Shown one piece after another: positions 32,906-42,043 of a stretch of DNA of 64,000 bases. The position numbers and the translations under genes are program-made. The first letter of the stretch is position 1; each line of letters starts with the position of its first letter. The stretch comes from an uncultured Chloroflexia bacterium. Lineage in GTDB: Bacteria > Chloroflexota > Anaerolineae > Anaerolineales > UBA4823. The stretch is taken from NCBI GenBank assembly GCA_963702535.1, contig CAVPDG010000025.1:237315-301314 (forward strand), given 5' to 3'. The notes below the pieces were generated by a model that saw nothing but the letters and a program-made list of their open reading frames with translations, had not been told where the DNA came from and did not search any database.

Positions 32906-34426
32906 GGGTTTTGCCAAATCATAAAGCTGTCTTTAACGCAGTATCTCTCGTAAGTTAGATCAAAAATGCAGACAAGATACGAGATCAGCGATCCATTCGG
33001 CTGATCGATCGGACCGATCGTCATCGTGCTAACGCCATCCTCGCCGCTCGGCAGCATGATGTATGATTTTTCTTGACCGTCAGGGAAGGTAAGCGTAAGA
33101 ATCGGCTCCATGTTGGACATGGGGGCGTTATTTTCAGATATGCTGACGCCGATCTCCTGGTATCTGGTCCGGCGCCAACATGGCGTAGCTCTCCCAAACC
33201 CGCATCGTCAGCTCGCGCCCCGTGATGCCTGAAAAACTGGCTTCCGTCGCTTCAGGATTGGCGGAGGGTTGGCTCTCTGCGCCGCCCACTTCACTTTCTG
33301 GGGATGGCGGGGCTGCGTTTTCCTGCTTGGGCTTCACCGGGCTGAGCGAAAGCATCCGGTAGAGATAACCAAGCTGCGCCGGGCGCACGAGGGGTCCTCC
33401 CGAGCTCTTTTGGAGCAATTCCAGGCACAGGTTGGTGAAGCATTGTCGTTCGAGCAGATGATTATCCCGATAAATCTCCGTGATTGGAGGACCGGAGGCA
33501 TCCATGCCGCCATGCCTGGCTAAGTAATCCGCGAATACTTTCGGGATGTTATAACCCAACCCGTCCTTCACAGCATAAAACTCGTAGCCTTCCTTACCTG
33601 AAGGGACGGTGAGGGGATCTGCCTTGTACCCCAGGGCTTCGACGATCGGGCGTAAAAATACATGGCTCGGATTTTCTGGGTCAGAAACGAGCACCACGTT
33701 TTCGAAGACCTGCTCAGTATAGCCATCCGGAGTCTTGTATGCCTCTCGTGATCGCAACTCCGGTGAAATCTGCACCCAAACGACCCACTGCCTCCCAAAA
33801 AAGCTTATCCGTGGGATAAGGCAGTTTCACTACGGCGTTATCATCTTTCGGCGAGCGGCAGATCGCATCACATTTCCAGGCGCCATAATGGAGCAGCCGC
33901 ACTTGCTCAGGTCCTTCGCTCTCCAGCCAGTACATGCCCAGGTTCTCGAAATACTGCTCGGTGCGCTGCTTCTCCCGGTTGTTACGCGCCTCTGTAAGGG
34001 GCTTTCCCACGTAACGCTCGCCTTGCAGGCGATCATATAACGGCAGAAAAGCAGTTTGATGACATGCCCATCCACATAGCGACCGTCCGGATCGGGCGGC
34101 TCTGGGATGGGCGGCTCGGCTATCCCCATATCTAGACCGAGGGCTGCCAGGTGAAATACATTATTTTGCCCGGCGTTGGCGTCGCGCTTCAGCAGCGCGG
34201 CAGCCGTATACTGGTAATGCACATTATTCATTTCAAACGGTGGGGAAATTGCCGGACCGAGAATCTCCGCCCCGCCCAGCATCTCATAATCTTCCCGGAA
34301 CATCGGGTCGACCCCATAATAGCCTTGTGGCAAGCCCACGCTGAGAGTCATAGCGGAGCCCTCACATGCGGCGGTTATTAGAGATATCGCCACCAACCAC
34401 AAGACAATCAATATTTTTTGCAACAT
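32902..34426 (-). pseudogene. lipoprotein of unknown function, paralogue of 34757..36325; three frame breaks (~34050, ~33745, ~33160)
   Basis: Four ORF pieces (33830..34426, 33714..34010, 33134..33775, 32902..33120) are collinear with the downstream paralogue. Signal/lipobox SLITAAC. Shared motifs GVDPMFREDYEMLGG, EKQRTEQYFENLGMYW, YGAWKCDAICR, GLGYNIPKVFADYLARHGG, RQCFTNLCLE. Confidence 0.7.
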
Positions 34427-34756
34427 CTACTCGCTTTTAGCCGCTTCCACCCACTCGCAAATTTCAGGATCAGCAATCTCATCCGCTCGTTTCACCTTCA
34501 CCCACCTCTCCGGGGGACGCCGGGATCTCGTGATGATTTCAGTTCAGCCGTTATGGATCGCTGAGTTTATTCAAGTACTAAAGTACCAATTTCTTTAACA
34601 TAGTATACATGCGCATGTTACACAATAATTAACAAAAATGATAGTCGTTAACCTGATCTTAACATTAAATTAGAATCCCTTCGACATTTTAAGATTCCAT
34701 TTTGCAAACGAAAAAAGCCGGCGCCTGAGAATGCTCAGCTTTTTTAGATCGAATAT

Positions 34757-36325
34757 CTACGGATCCCTGCTTACAAAGGGAAGATAGGTTGTGAATGAAT
34801 CCAATAAGACCGGAATATAAAACTCGATGTGCTTGATGACAAAGGGGATGTAGCTCGTATATTGCACCGGCGCGAGCGGCGTAACCGTGACATAATCCGT
34901 GATCCATACCAGGTAGCTATCCAGGACGCAAAATTTTCGCTCGTCCAGAGCAGCAACACATACTTTGTACGGGATTAACGTGCCATTCGCCACATCCAGC
35001 GGCTCAATGCCAATTTTGCTCTCCCCTTGGTCATTGGTCGGATCCATCACATACACCCGCGGCGAGCCGTCTGGAAGGCTTAGCGTTAGCTCAGGGCGGC
35101 TGCCGCTCAGGGGCTGGTTATTCCCATACACCACGACGCCGATGACTTGCTCCTGGTTGGGTGAGACCATGGGCAGGTCTTCCCACACCTGTATCGCCAG
35201 GTCAACCGGCTGGCTCTCATCCACCGTTGCCGTTTCACGCCTGTAAAAGAGATCCCGGTACTTCAAGCCCAGGTGCACCGGCGCGATAGAAATTTCACCC
35301 GTCCCGGAGATTTGCGCTTCCAGGCACAGGTTCCTGAAGCACTGGCGATACGTTGTGCTGTCCAGTTGGGATAGCTGAGATACAGGCGCCCCAGCCAGCT
35401 CCATGCCCCCATGTTTCTGAATGTAGTCTATGAAATAAGGCGGCACGTTATAGCCCAACCCACCCTGCACCGGATAAAAATAGAGGTTGGTATCAACCGC
35501 AGGCGTTTGCAAGGCGTCGCCCATCAACCCCAGTTTCTCCGCAAGCGGCAGCAGCGCAACCGTGTCGGGATATTGGGGGTTGAATACCATTACCAGGTTA
35601 TCGAAAATCTGCTGCATGGATCCGTCCTGGGTCAGGTATGGCTCCGTCCGGGCATAGCCGGTAAAATCCAGTCCTAAGCGCGCCACTTCTTTCAGGAAGG
35701 GGACCGCTGTCTTGGTCGGCATATTAACGCGGCTGTCTTCCGGAGGGGCGTGCCGGCAATGTGCATCACACTTCCAGGCGCCGTAGGAGAGCAGCCCGAC
35801 AGCATCCGCAGGGGCTCCTTCCATCCAGTAGAACCCCAGATTCTCGAAAAACTGCTCGGTTCGGTTTTTTTCAATATTCTGATGGGCTGTGGTCAGCGGC
35901 TTTCCCACCATGGCAAGCCCGCCAAGTTCCTGGTAGAGCGATGCAAATTTATTGTCAACCGGGTAACCCTCCACGATCAAAGCCCCGGATGCGCTATCGA
36001 TACTGCCCGGCAGCTCGTAGACACCCATATCCCGTCCGATGGGCGCCAGGCGCAGGCGTTGGTCGCGCGGAGCGCCGGGATTGTACTCCATCAGCGCACG
36101 GTCAACGTACTGGTAAATGACCCCTTTGCTCTCGAAGACAGGTGAGATTGCCGGACCCAAACGCGCGATTCCCCCGTAGCGCTCGTAGAGATCGCTGAAG
36201 AGGGGATCAACCGGGTACGTACCTTCCGGTAAAGGGGTCGGCTTACCCCCTGCCTGGGTGCAGGATGCCAGCAAGAAAACGAGGAAGAAGACCAGCTTAA
36301 CTGTATACGAGCGCCGCGACGTCAT
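34757..36325 (-). CDS. lipoprotein of unknown function (conserved GAWKCD..C / RQCF.NLCLE motifs)
   Basis: Intact ORF. Probable start MTSRRSYTVKLVFFLVFLLASC (lipobox LASC) at 36325. About 520 aa. No family recognised. Confidence 0.65.
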   Translation of the reverse strand: MTSRRSYTVKLVFFLVFLLASCTQAGGKPTPLPEGTYPVDPLFSDLYERYGGIARLGPAISPVFESKGVIYQYVDRALMEYNPGAPRDQRLRLAPIGRDMGVYELPGSIDSASGALIVEGYPVDNKFASLYQELGGLAMVGKPLTTAHQNIEKNRTEQFFENLGFYWMEGAPADAVGLLSYGAWKCDAHCRHAPPEDSRVNMPTKTAVPFLKEVARLGLDFTGYARTEPYLTQDGSMQQIFDNLVMVFNPQYPDTVALLPLAEKLGLMGDALQTPAVDTNLYFYPVQGGLGYNVPPYFIDYIQKHGGMELAGAPVSQLSQLDSTTYRQCFRNLCLEAQISGTGEISIAPVHLGLKYRDLFYRRETATVDESQPVDLAIQVWEDLPMVSPNQEQVIGVVVYGNNQPLSGSRPELTLSLPDGSPRVYVMDPTNDQGESKIGIEPLDVANGTLIPYKVCVAALDERKFCVLDSYLVWITDYVTVTPLAPVQYTSYIPFVIKHIEFYIPVLLDSFTTYLPFVSRDP

Positions 36326-36405
36326 CCAATCCCCTCGATATCGATTATCCTCTCGCGCGATTGCAGAACTATAGCATATTAGCAATATTATACCACAATT
36401 TTTGC

Positions 36406-36421
36406 TGGTACATTTCTTGCA
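36406..36421 (+). promoter_or_regulatory. sigma-54-type promoter upstream of 36455 gene
   Basis: TGGTAC-atttc-TTGCA matches the consensus at 10 of 11 positions with GG and GC conserved and correct spacing. It is intergenic and ends 33 nt before the ATG at 36455. Confidence 0.5.
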
Positions 36422-36454
36422 TCATCTGATACACACCACCCGGGAGAGATACCG

Positions 36455-37811
36455 ATGAATCCGGAGAAATCCACCATTCAGAAAAACCGCCTCGGCTTTC
36501 ATTACTACCCTGATACCCGCCATTATACCGATAGCGACCTGCGCACCTGGTTGCCTGTGCTGGATCAGTTGGGGGCAAAATGGCTTACCCTGGTCGCCCC
36601 AAGAGATCGGGCGATCCCTGAAGCGTTCATCACCGGTCTCGTACAGGCAGGCATTCAGCCGGTGCTGCATTTCCATTTCGCGCCGGCATCTCCCCCAGCG
36701 CCGGAAGAGATGTCGCTGCTCTTCTCCAGCTATGCGCGCTGGGGAGTGCGCTACGCAGCCATCTTCGACCGACCGAATATGAAAGCAGCCTGGAATGCAT
36801 CCACCTGGGCGCAGACCGATCTCGTCGAGAGATTCCTGGATACCTTCATTCCATTGGCTGAAGCCGCCCGCCAGGCGGGTTTAACTCCGGTCTTCCCGCC
36901 CCTGGAGCCCGGCGGTGATTACTGGGATACATCCTTCTTGCTCGCAGCATTTCGCGGCATGCAACGCCGTGGCAACCTGCAGTTGCTTGAGTCCATGGCT
37001 CTAGGAGCCTACGCCTGGGTCGGGGAACACCCCTTGGATTGGGGCGCAGGCGGTCCAGAACGTTGGCCCGGGACGCGACCCTATTTCACGCCATCAGACC
37101 AGCAAGACCAGCGCGGCTTCTTCATCTCTGATTGGTACATAGCCATCGCACAGGCTGTATTGCACAGGTCACCGGATGTTCTGCTGCTAGGCGCCGGTTA
37201 TCGCATCGGCGCTGGGATTGGATATCGCCTCATCCGTAGACGAGATCTACCAGCATACACGCCAAAATCTGGCGTTGGTCAAGCTGGTACAAGATCAACA
37301 AATTACAGACGAAGAAACCCAACCCGGGGAAAAGATCTCAGCAAAAGTGCTGGCATGCAATTTCTGGCTGCTGGCTTGTTCGCCGGATGAGCCAGAAGCT
37401 GGAAATGCCTGGTTCCAAGCCGATGGCAGCGTGCTACCCATCGTTGAAGCGCTTTACCCAACCGCGCCGGAACAACCGCAACCGGAAACGCAGGAAGAGG
37501 AGTTTCCGCCATTCGACGAGCCCCATCCTGCGCAAGTGAATTACCCCATTGAGCACTACCTTCTCCTACCCCTATACGAATGGGGTGTGGTGGAATGGCA
37601 TCTGGATGCCATCCGTCCTTATATCCTCCGGCACCAACCCACCATCGGCTTCAACCTGGCTGAAGCCATGCTCGCCAGGCACGTTACCTTGCTGGGTGGA
37701 GAGCAAACATTTCCTGCGGAAGATATCGAAAGGCTGCGCCAGGCTGGCTGTGCGGTCGAGCTCGTGAGTGGAGATGGCACAAGTATTGCAACACAGATGG
37801 CAGTCCTTTAA
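36455..37811 (+). CDS. hypothetical cytoplasmic protein (TIM-barrel glycoside-hydrolase-like N-terminal half); frame break near 37215
   Basis: ORFs 36455..37390 and 37218..37811 join as ...LLLGAGYRIGAG/LDIASSVDEIYQHTRQNL... No signal peptide. The acidic Pro-rich middle contains ...PEQPQPETQEEEFPPFDEP.... The family assignment is only a resemblance. Confidence 0.5.
37775..37790 (+). promoter_or_regulatory. sigma-54 (-24/-12) promoter upstream of ftsZ
   Basis: TGGCAC-aagta-TTGCA is an exact consensus match. It lies in the last 37 nt of the preceding gene and ends 47 nt before the ftsZ ATG (37838). Confidence 0.6.
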
Positions 37812-37837
37812 CGATTTGGCTTACAGGAGAATTCGAG

Positions 37838-39049
37838 ATGATGCTGACCAATCACTACCAACCCGAACCGGAGAACTACCATAAGCCCATCCTGAAAGTT
37901 TTGGGGCTTGGTGGCGGTGGATGTAACGCCATTGCCCGCATGATGGAGCTCGGCATCCGCGGCGTCGATTATGTTGCCGCGAATACCGACCACCAGGCGT
38001 TAGAGGCTAACCCGGCGCCCGTGAAAATCCAGCTGGGTCCCAAAGTCACGCGTGGATTGGGCGCAGGTGGAGATCCCCGGATCGGAGAGGAAGCCGCCAA
38101 GGAGAGCGCCCGCGAGATCGCTGCGGCGTTGAGCGGCGCGGAGATGGTCTTCATGACCGCCGGCATGGGTGGCGGGACTGGCACAGGCTCCATCCCGGTA
38201 GCGGCTGAAATTGTACGCTCGCTAGGGGCTGTGGCAATCGCGGTAGTGACCATGCCGTTCACCTTCGAGATCGGTCGCCGTCAAAAGAACGCCGCTGAAG
38301 GCGTAGCCAAGCTGCGCCAACGCACGAATACATTGATCGCCATCCCCAACGACCGGTTGCTCTACGTCGCGCCTCAAAACCTGCCCCTTGAGATGGCGTT
38401 CAGACTGGCAGACGATGTCCTCCGCCAGGCTGTGCAAGGAATCTCAGAGCTGATTACTGAAACCGGGATGATCAATGTCGATTTTGCCCATATCCGCAGG
38501 TTGATCCGCATGGGCGGCGGGGCGATGATGTCGATGGGACACGGGCACGGCGAGAACAAAACCAGAAAAGCCCTGGAACAAGCCCTGCACCATCCTCTGC
38601 TGGAGACTGTATCCCTGGATAGCGCAGCAGGCGTGATCGCCAACTTCACCGGCGGAGACGACCTGACCCTTTTCGAAGTCCAGGACGCCCTCACCTACTT
38701 GCAGGAGCTGACCACGGGTCAAACAGAGATTGTCATGGGCGTCATCAACGATAAGCGCCTGGAAGACCGCGTGCAGGTCACCCTCGTCATTACGGGACTT
38801 GGCGCCACCACGCTGGAACAGGCGATGTCGGATATATCCCGCTCCGAGAGAGACAATTCGCGATCTGAGAGAGAGATTTCCCGCCCGGAAAAAGTAGAGC
38901 GAGTGATTGTGAAAGCAGAAGAACCTCCCCAACTGCCTCCCACCCCTATGCCCAAACCTATGCCCCTTCAGCAACCGGTGAACGAAGCCACTTATACCAA
39001 TCTGGACTTACCGGCATTCCTGCGCCGTAGGGCTCGTTTTGCGGGGTAA
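37838..39049 (+). CDS. ftsZ: cell division protein FtsZ
   Basis: Intact 403-aa ORF. GLGGGGCNAI, tubulin signature GMGGGTGTGS, IPNDRLL. A variable Ser/Arg/Glu linker and the C-terminal peptide LDLPAFLRRR. Confidence 0.97.
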   Translation: MMLTNHYQPEPENYHKPILKVLGLGGGGCNAIARMMELGIRGVDYVAANTDHQALEANPAPVKIQLGPKVTRGLGAGGDPRIGEEAAKESAREIAAALSGAEMVFMTAGMGGGTGTGSIPVAAEIVRSLGAVAIAVVTMPFTFEIGRRQKNAAEGVAKLRQRTNTLIAIPNDRLLYVAPQNLPLEMAFRLADDVLRQAVQGISELITETGMINVDFAHIRRLIRMGGGAMMSMGHGHGENKTRKALEQALHHPLLETVSLDSAAGVIANFTGGDDLTLFEVQDALTYLQELTTGQTEIVMGVINDKRLEDRVQVTLVITGLGATTLEQAMSDISRSERDNSRSEREISRPEKVERVIVKAEEPPQLPPTPMPKPMPLQQPVNEATYTNLDLPAFLRRRARFAG

Positions 39050-39052
39050 GTC

Positions 39053-39300
39053 ATGGACCCCAAAGTATTAAAAACCGTCGTCGCCCAGGTGCAAAGGCGC
39101 TTCCCGGAGTTCGCTGGCTCTCAGCCAAAGGTGCGCCAGCAGAACGCGCCGCAAGCGAAACCGCCCGCCCCACCTACCTGCTGACTTTTCAGAGCAGCGC
39201 TAAGGTTGCCAGCAGCAATGGCGGTAAAACGATGCCGCGCTGGGTGCGCGTCGTCGTATCCGAAAAAGGGAAGATCATCAAGATCACCACCTCACGGTAA
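39053..39300 (+). CDS. small conserved-looking protein downstream of ftsZ; frame break near 39180
   Basis: ATG 39053 gives MDPKVLKTVVAQVQRRFPEFAGSQPKVRQQNAPQAKPPAPPT.... After a one-base shift it continues LLTFQSSAKVASSNGGKTMPRWVRVVVSEKGKIIKITTSR to TAA 39298-39300. Not in the ORF track because each piece is under 60 aa. Confidence 0.35.
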
Positions 39301-39331
39301 CCAGGTCGAACATATATCGCCCAAATCCGCT

Positions 39332-39541
39332 ATGCATACCCGTCAATTCTCTGCCCGGCTTCAAGTATTTTTCTGGACGATCATCATCCGCTTGATCAGT
39401 GATTCACGGCTTGCACAGCAGTGCTTGCAGCAGTTGTACGAGCTTAAAGATGCAAAAGCTGCCTCGCTCGTCAAAGTCTCGCTGGTTTGTTTAGGAGCGG
39501 GCATCTTGCTTGGTTACTTGCTGGGTGTGGCAGGGATTTAG
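39332..39541 (+). CDS. possible small membrane protein
   Basis: From ATG 39332: MHTRQFSARLQVFFWTIIIRLIS...VSLVCLGAGILLGYLLGVAGI, with hydrophobic segments at both ends. No clear SD. Confidence 0.3.
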   Translation: MHTRQFSARLQVFFWTIIIRLISDSRLAQQCLQQLYELKDAKAASLVKVSLVCLGAGILLGYLLGVAGI

Positions 39542-39575
39542 CGCCCTCTCGGCTGGTGCCAGCGCCTGATAACCG

Positions 39576-40681
39576 ATGATAGCTACCAAGACGAAATCGC
39601 TCTCCCGGCTCATCACCTTCGGGTTGCTCCTGATTTGCCTCATCGCCTTTCCAAAACCCGCGGCGGGGTACAGCGGCACCCCCGATTCGCCGAAATTTGG
39701 CTATGGCGCGCGGCTGGACCCTTATGGTGAAGATGTCGCGCTGGCGCTCAAAGCCGCTGCCAGCATTGGGATAGACTGGATCGCGGTGGATATCGATTGG
39801 GCGCGAGTGTGGCCCGACCGGAATAGTGACCCAGACCTGATGCGTTGGATTTCGTCATGCAAAAAGCCAGCCGTTATGAGCTGGGAATGCTTGTCTCAAT
39901 AACCAATCCTCCCCGCTGGGCAGTCACCGCAAAGGGACCCGACCAGGCAGCCACCATCCGCCTTGTACTCTTGCTGGCGCAACGCTACCCGCAAAACCAA
40001 CTGTCCATCGAGCTCTTCCCCGCTGCCAACACTGCGCAGGGCTGGGGAGCCGCGCCTGATCCCAGTGCTTACAACAACCTGCTCAAGGCGTGTTGGAGCG
40101 CACTACAATCGAGCGGCAGCCCGGTGCTGTTAGTTGCCGGTGGGCTTGAACCGCTTACATCTAAGCCGTCGAACGGGGATATGGACGACCTGGTATTCCT
40201 GAGCAAACTGTACAGGTCTGGCGCCGGAGGCTTTATGCCCGTCGTCAGCCTGCGCTTGCCTGCGGTGACAGCAGACGTTCTAGCAGACCCAGGCGATGGA
40301 TCAGCGCTGGTCTTGCGTCACTACGAAGCAATCCGCAAAGTGATGACCCAATACAACCACAGCTCGGGCTTGATCTGGGTCACCGGCTATACCTGCCCGG
40401 CTCAAGATCTCCGCACAGTGAATGAGCAGGCTGAGTGGATCCAGCAGTCCTACCAATTAATGCGCTCGCAATTATATATCGGCGCGGCTTTCTACGATGG
40501 TCTCAACCCGCCAGCTACCCACCCGCAACCGGGCCACCTTTACCTTGTCCGGAAAGATGGCGCCAAGATCAGCCTGCACCCTGCGCTGGCAACCCTAGCT
40601 CAGTTCATCACATTGGACCGTACCGGGCAAACCATACCCAACCTCCAGCCGGCGGAAATCACTCCCACAGGTAATAAATAA
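39576..40681 (+). CDS. secreted hypothetical protein (glycoside-hydrolase-like barrel?); frame break near 39835
   Basis: Signal peptide MIATKTKSLSRLITFGLLLICLIAFPKPAAG. ORFs 39576..39902 and 39845..40681 join as ...RNSDP.PDALDFVMQKASRYELGMLVSITNPPRW... after adding one base. Confidence 0.5.
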
Positions 40682-41560
40682 TGGAAAACGAATCCTTCGC
40701 GCCTTCTAAAAATAGCCAGGTTGACCGGGACCATCCTGCTCTTTCTACTGATCTTTACTTTCAGCCTGTGGCTCGGGCGCGGAATTGGGACCACTACCCG
40801 GCGGTCTGTTCTGGCAGCCATCTCCTCCAGCTCAAGGCATTCCAGATCCGTCGCGCAAGAATTGAAGCAAGCGAAACACAATCTCTCGCAGACAAAAGTA
40901 GCCGCACAACGCGCGAGTGATGCCCGGCAGGAAGCGCCAGGTCGCCAACGGAATATCCTTCTGATCGGCGTCGATAGCCTCCAGTCAGAAGCGCCGCGTC
41001 TCGAGGGGGTATGGATGGTTTTATACCTGCGCGATACCCCGCACTTCATGCTACTGCCCGTCTACCCCAGCCAGACGCAGAATCAGGATAACCCAGCCCT
41101 CATCGATCAAAACCTGGCTCGTCTCTTCAGCCTCGAGGATGAGCAAACACCCAATCCCTTGTTTTTACAGGCGCTCAAGGATAAGCAGCTCTGGTGGGAT
41201 GGCTTCATCGTCCTGGATAAATCGGCATTGGTTGAGATCCTGGCATTAACCTCGTCCGGCAATGCAACCACCAGCCTTAGCCAGCAGCAGGCAGCCACCA
41301 ACCTTACGAATGTTGAGGAAGCGCCTATGCGCTCTCTGCTTGGGCAAGCTCAGCTCGCCCAAGAATTGTGCCGGAGCTCCGGAGCAATGCTGGCTTCTGA
41401 TAAAAGCCGCCTCCCCGGCTTGCTGGTACAGGCTTCAGCCCATCTCCGCACCGACCTGGACCTGATAACGATGGCTGCTGAGATCGTCGAGGCATTGCAC
41501 CGCGGCGGCGGGGTCTCTTGCGAGTTCCCGTCCCTGGCATCTGCCCCCAACTTGCACTAA
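40681..41560 (+). CDS. LytR-CpsA-Psr (LCP)-like membrane-anchored protein; frame break near 40720
   Basis: ATG 40681 overlaps the upstream stop (TAATG) and gives MENESFAPSKNSQ. After deleting one base it continues LTGTILLFLLIFTFSLWLG (TM) ...QRNILLIGVDSLQSEAPRLEGVWMVLYL..., resembling the LCP core. Confidence 0.5.
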
Positions 41561-41632
41561 AACTCGTCTTCACCAAAGCCTCTGAAGAAGTTAACAAGTT
41601 AAACGAGGGGTATCCACTGGGATGTTCGGAAC

Positions 41633-41648
41633 GGGCATAATTCTTGCA
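41633..41648 (+). promoter_or_regulatory. weaker sigma-54-like element upstream of 41703 / TPR genes
   Basis: GGGCAT-aattc-TTGCA matches at 9 of 11 positions with GG and GC conserved and correct spacing. It is intergenic and ends 54 nt before the ATG at 41703. Confidence 0.3.
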
Positions 41649-41702
41649 TCACATAGAGTTGGTGGTGCACACATTCAGCTACTATTCACCAGCGAGGTTG
41701 CT

Positions 41703-42029
41703 ATGGACCCTACTTTTACCTTCGAGCTTCTCCTGATTATGGCTTTCTCCCTGTTCGTTTTGGGTATGTTGACAACCATAACCGGTATCCTGATCCTGAC
41801 GACACGGGTTACCAATAAAGACCTGCGTACCATAGCCAGCCAGACGAGCCGCCTGGCGCAAAAAGGCTTGGCAGAAGAAGTAGCTGGTCTGGTAGGAAAC
41901 GCCTCCTCGCTTCTAGATGCGATGAACCAGCTCGTGCGCACGACGGCTGGCGTGGGAGTTTTCCTGACCTTATTCGGCATGTGCATGATCTGTGCTGCGG
42001 GTTGGCTTGCCCTAAGAATTTACCCTTGA
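41703..42029 (+). CDS. small two-TM membrane protein
   Basis: MDPTFTFELLLIMAFSLFVLGMLTTITGILILT ... GVGVFLTLFGMCMICAAGWLALRIYP, 108 aa from the internal ATG of ORF 41622..42029. Confidence 0.5.
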   Translation: MDPTFTFELLLIMAFSLFVLGMLTTITGILILTTRVTNKDLRTIASQTSRLAQKGLAEEVAGLVGNASSLLDAMNQLVRTTAGVGVFLTLFGMCMICAAGWLALRIYP

Positions 42030-42043
42030 ATAATGGAGCGCCC

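Noticed and set aside
38830-38895. A possible CRISPR-like or minisatellite array, given the repeated 21-nt units.
   Set aside because: There are only three imperfect units, they are in frame inside ftsZ, and they have no spacers. This is a coding tandem repeat, not CRISPR. No CRISPR array was seen elsewhere in the window.
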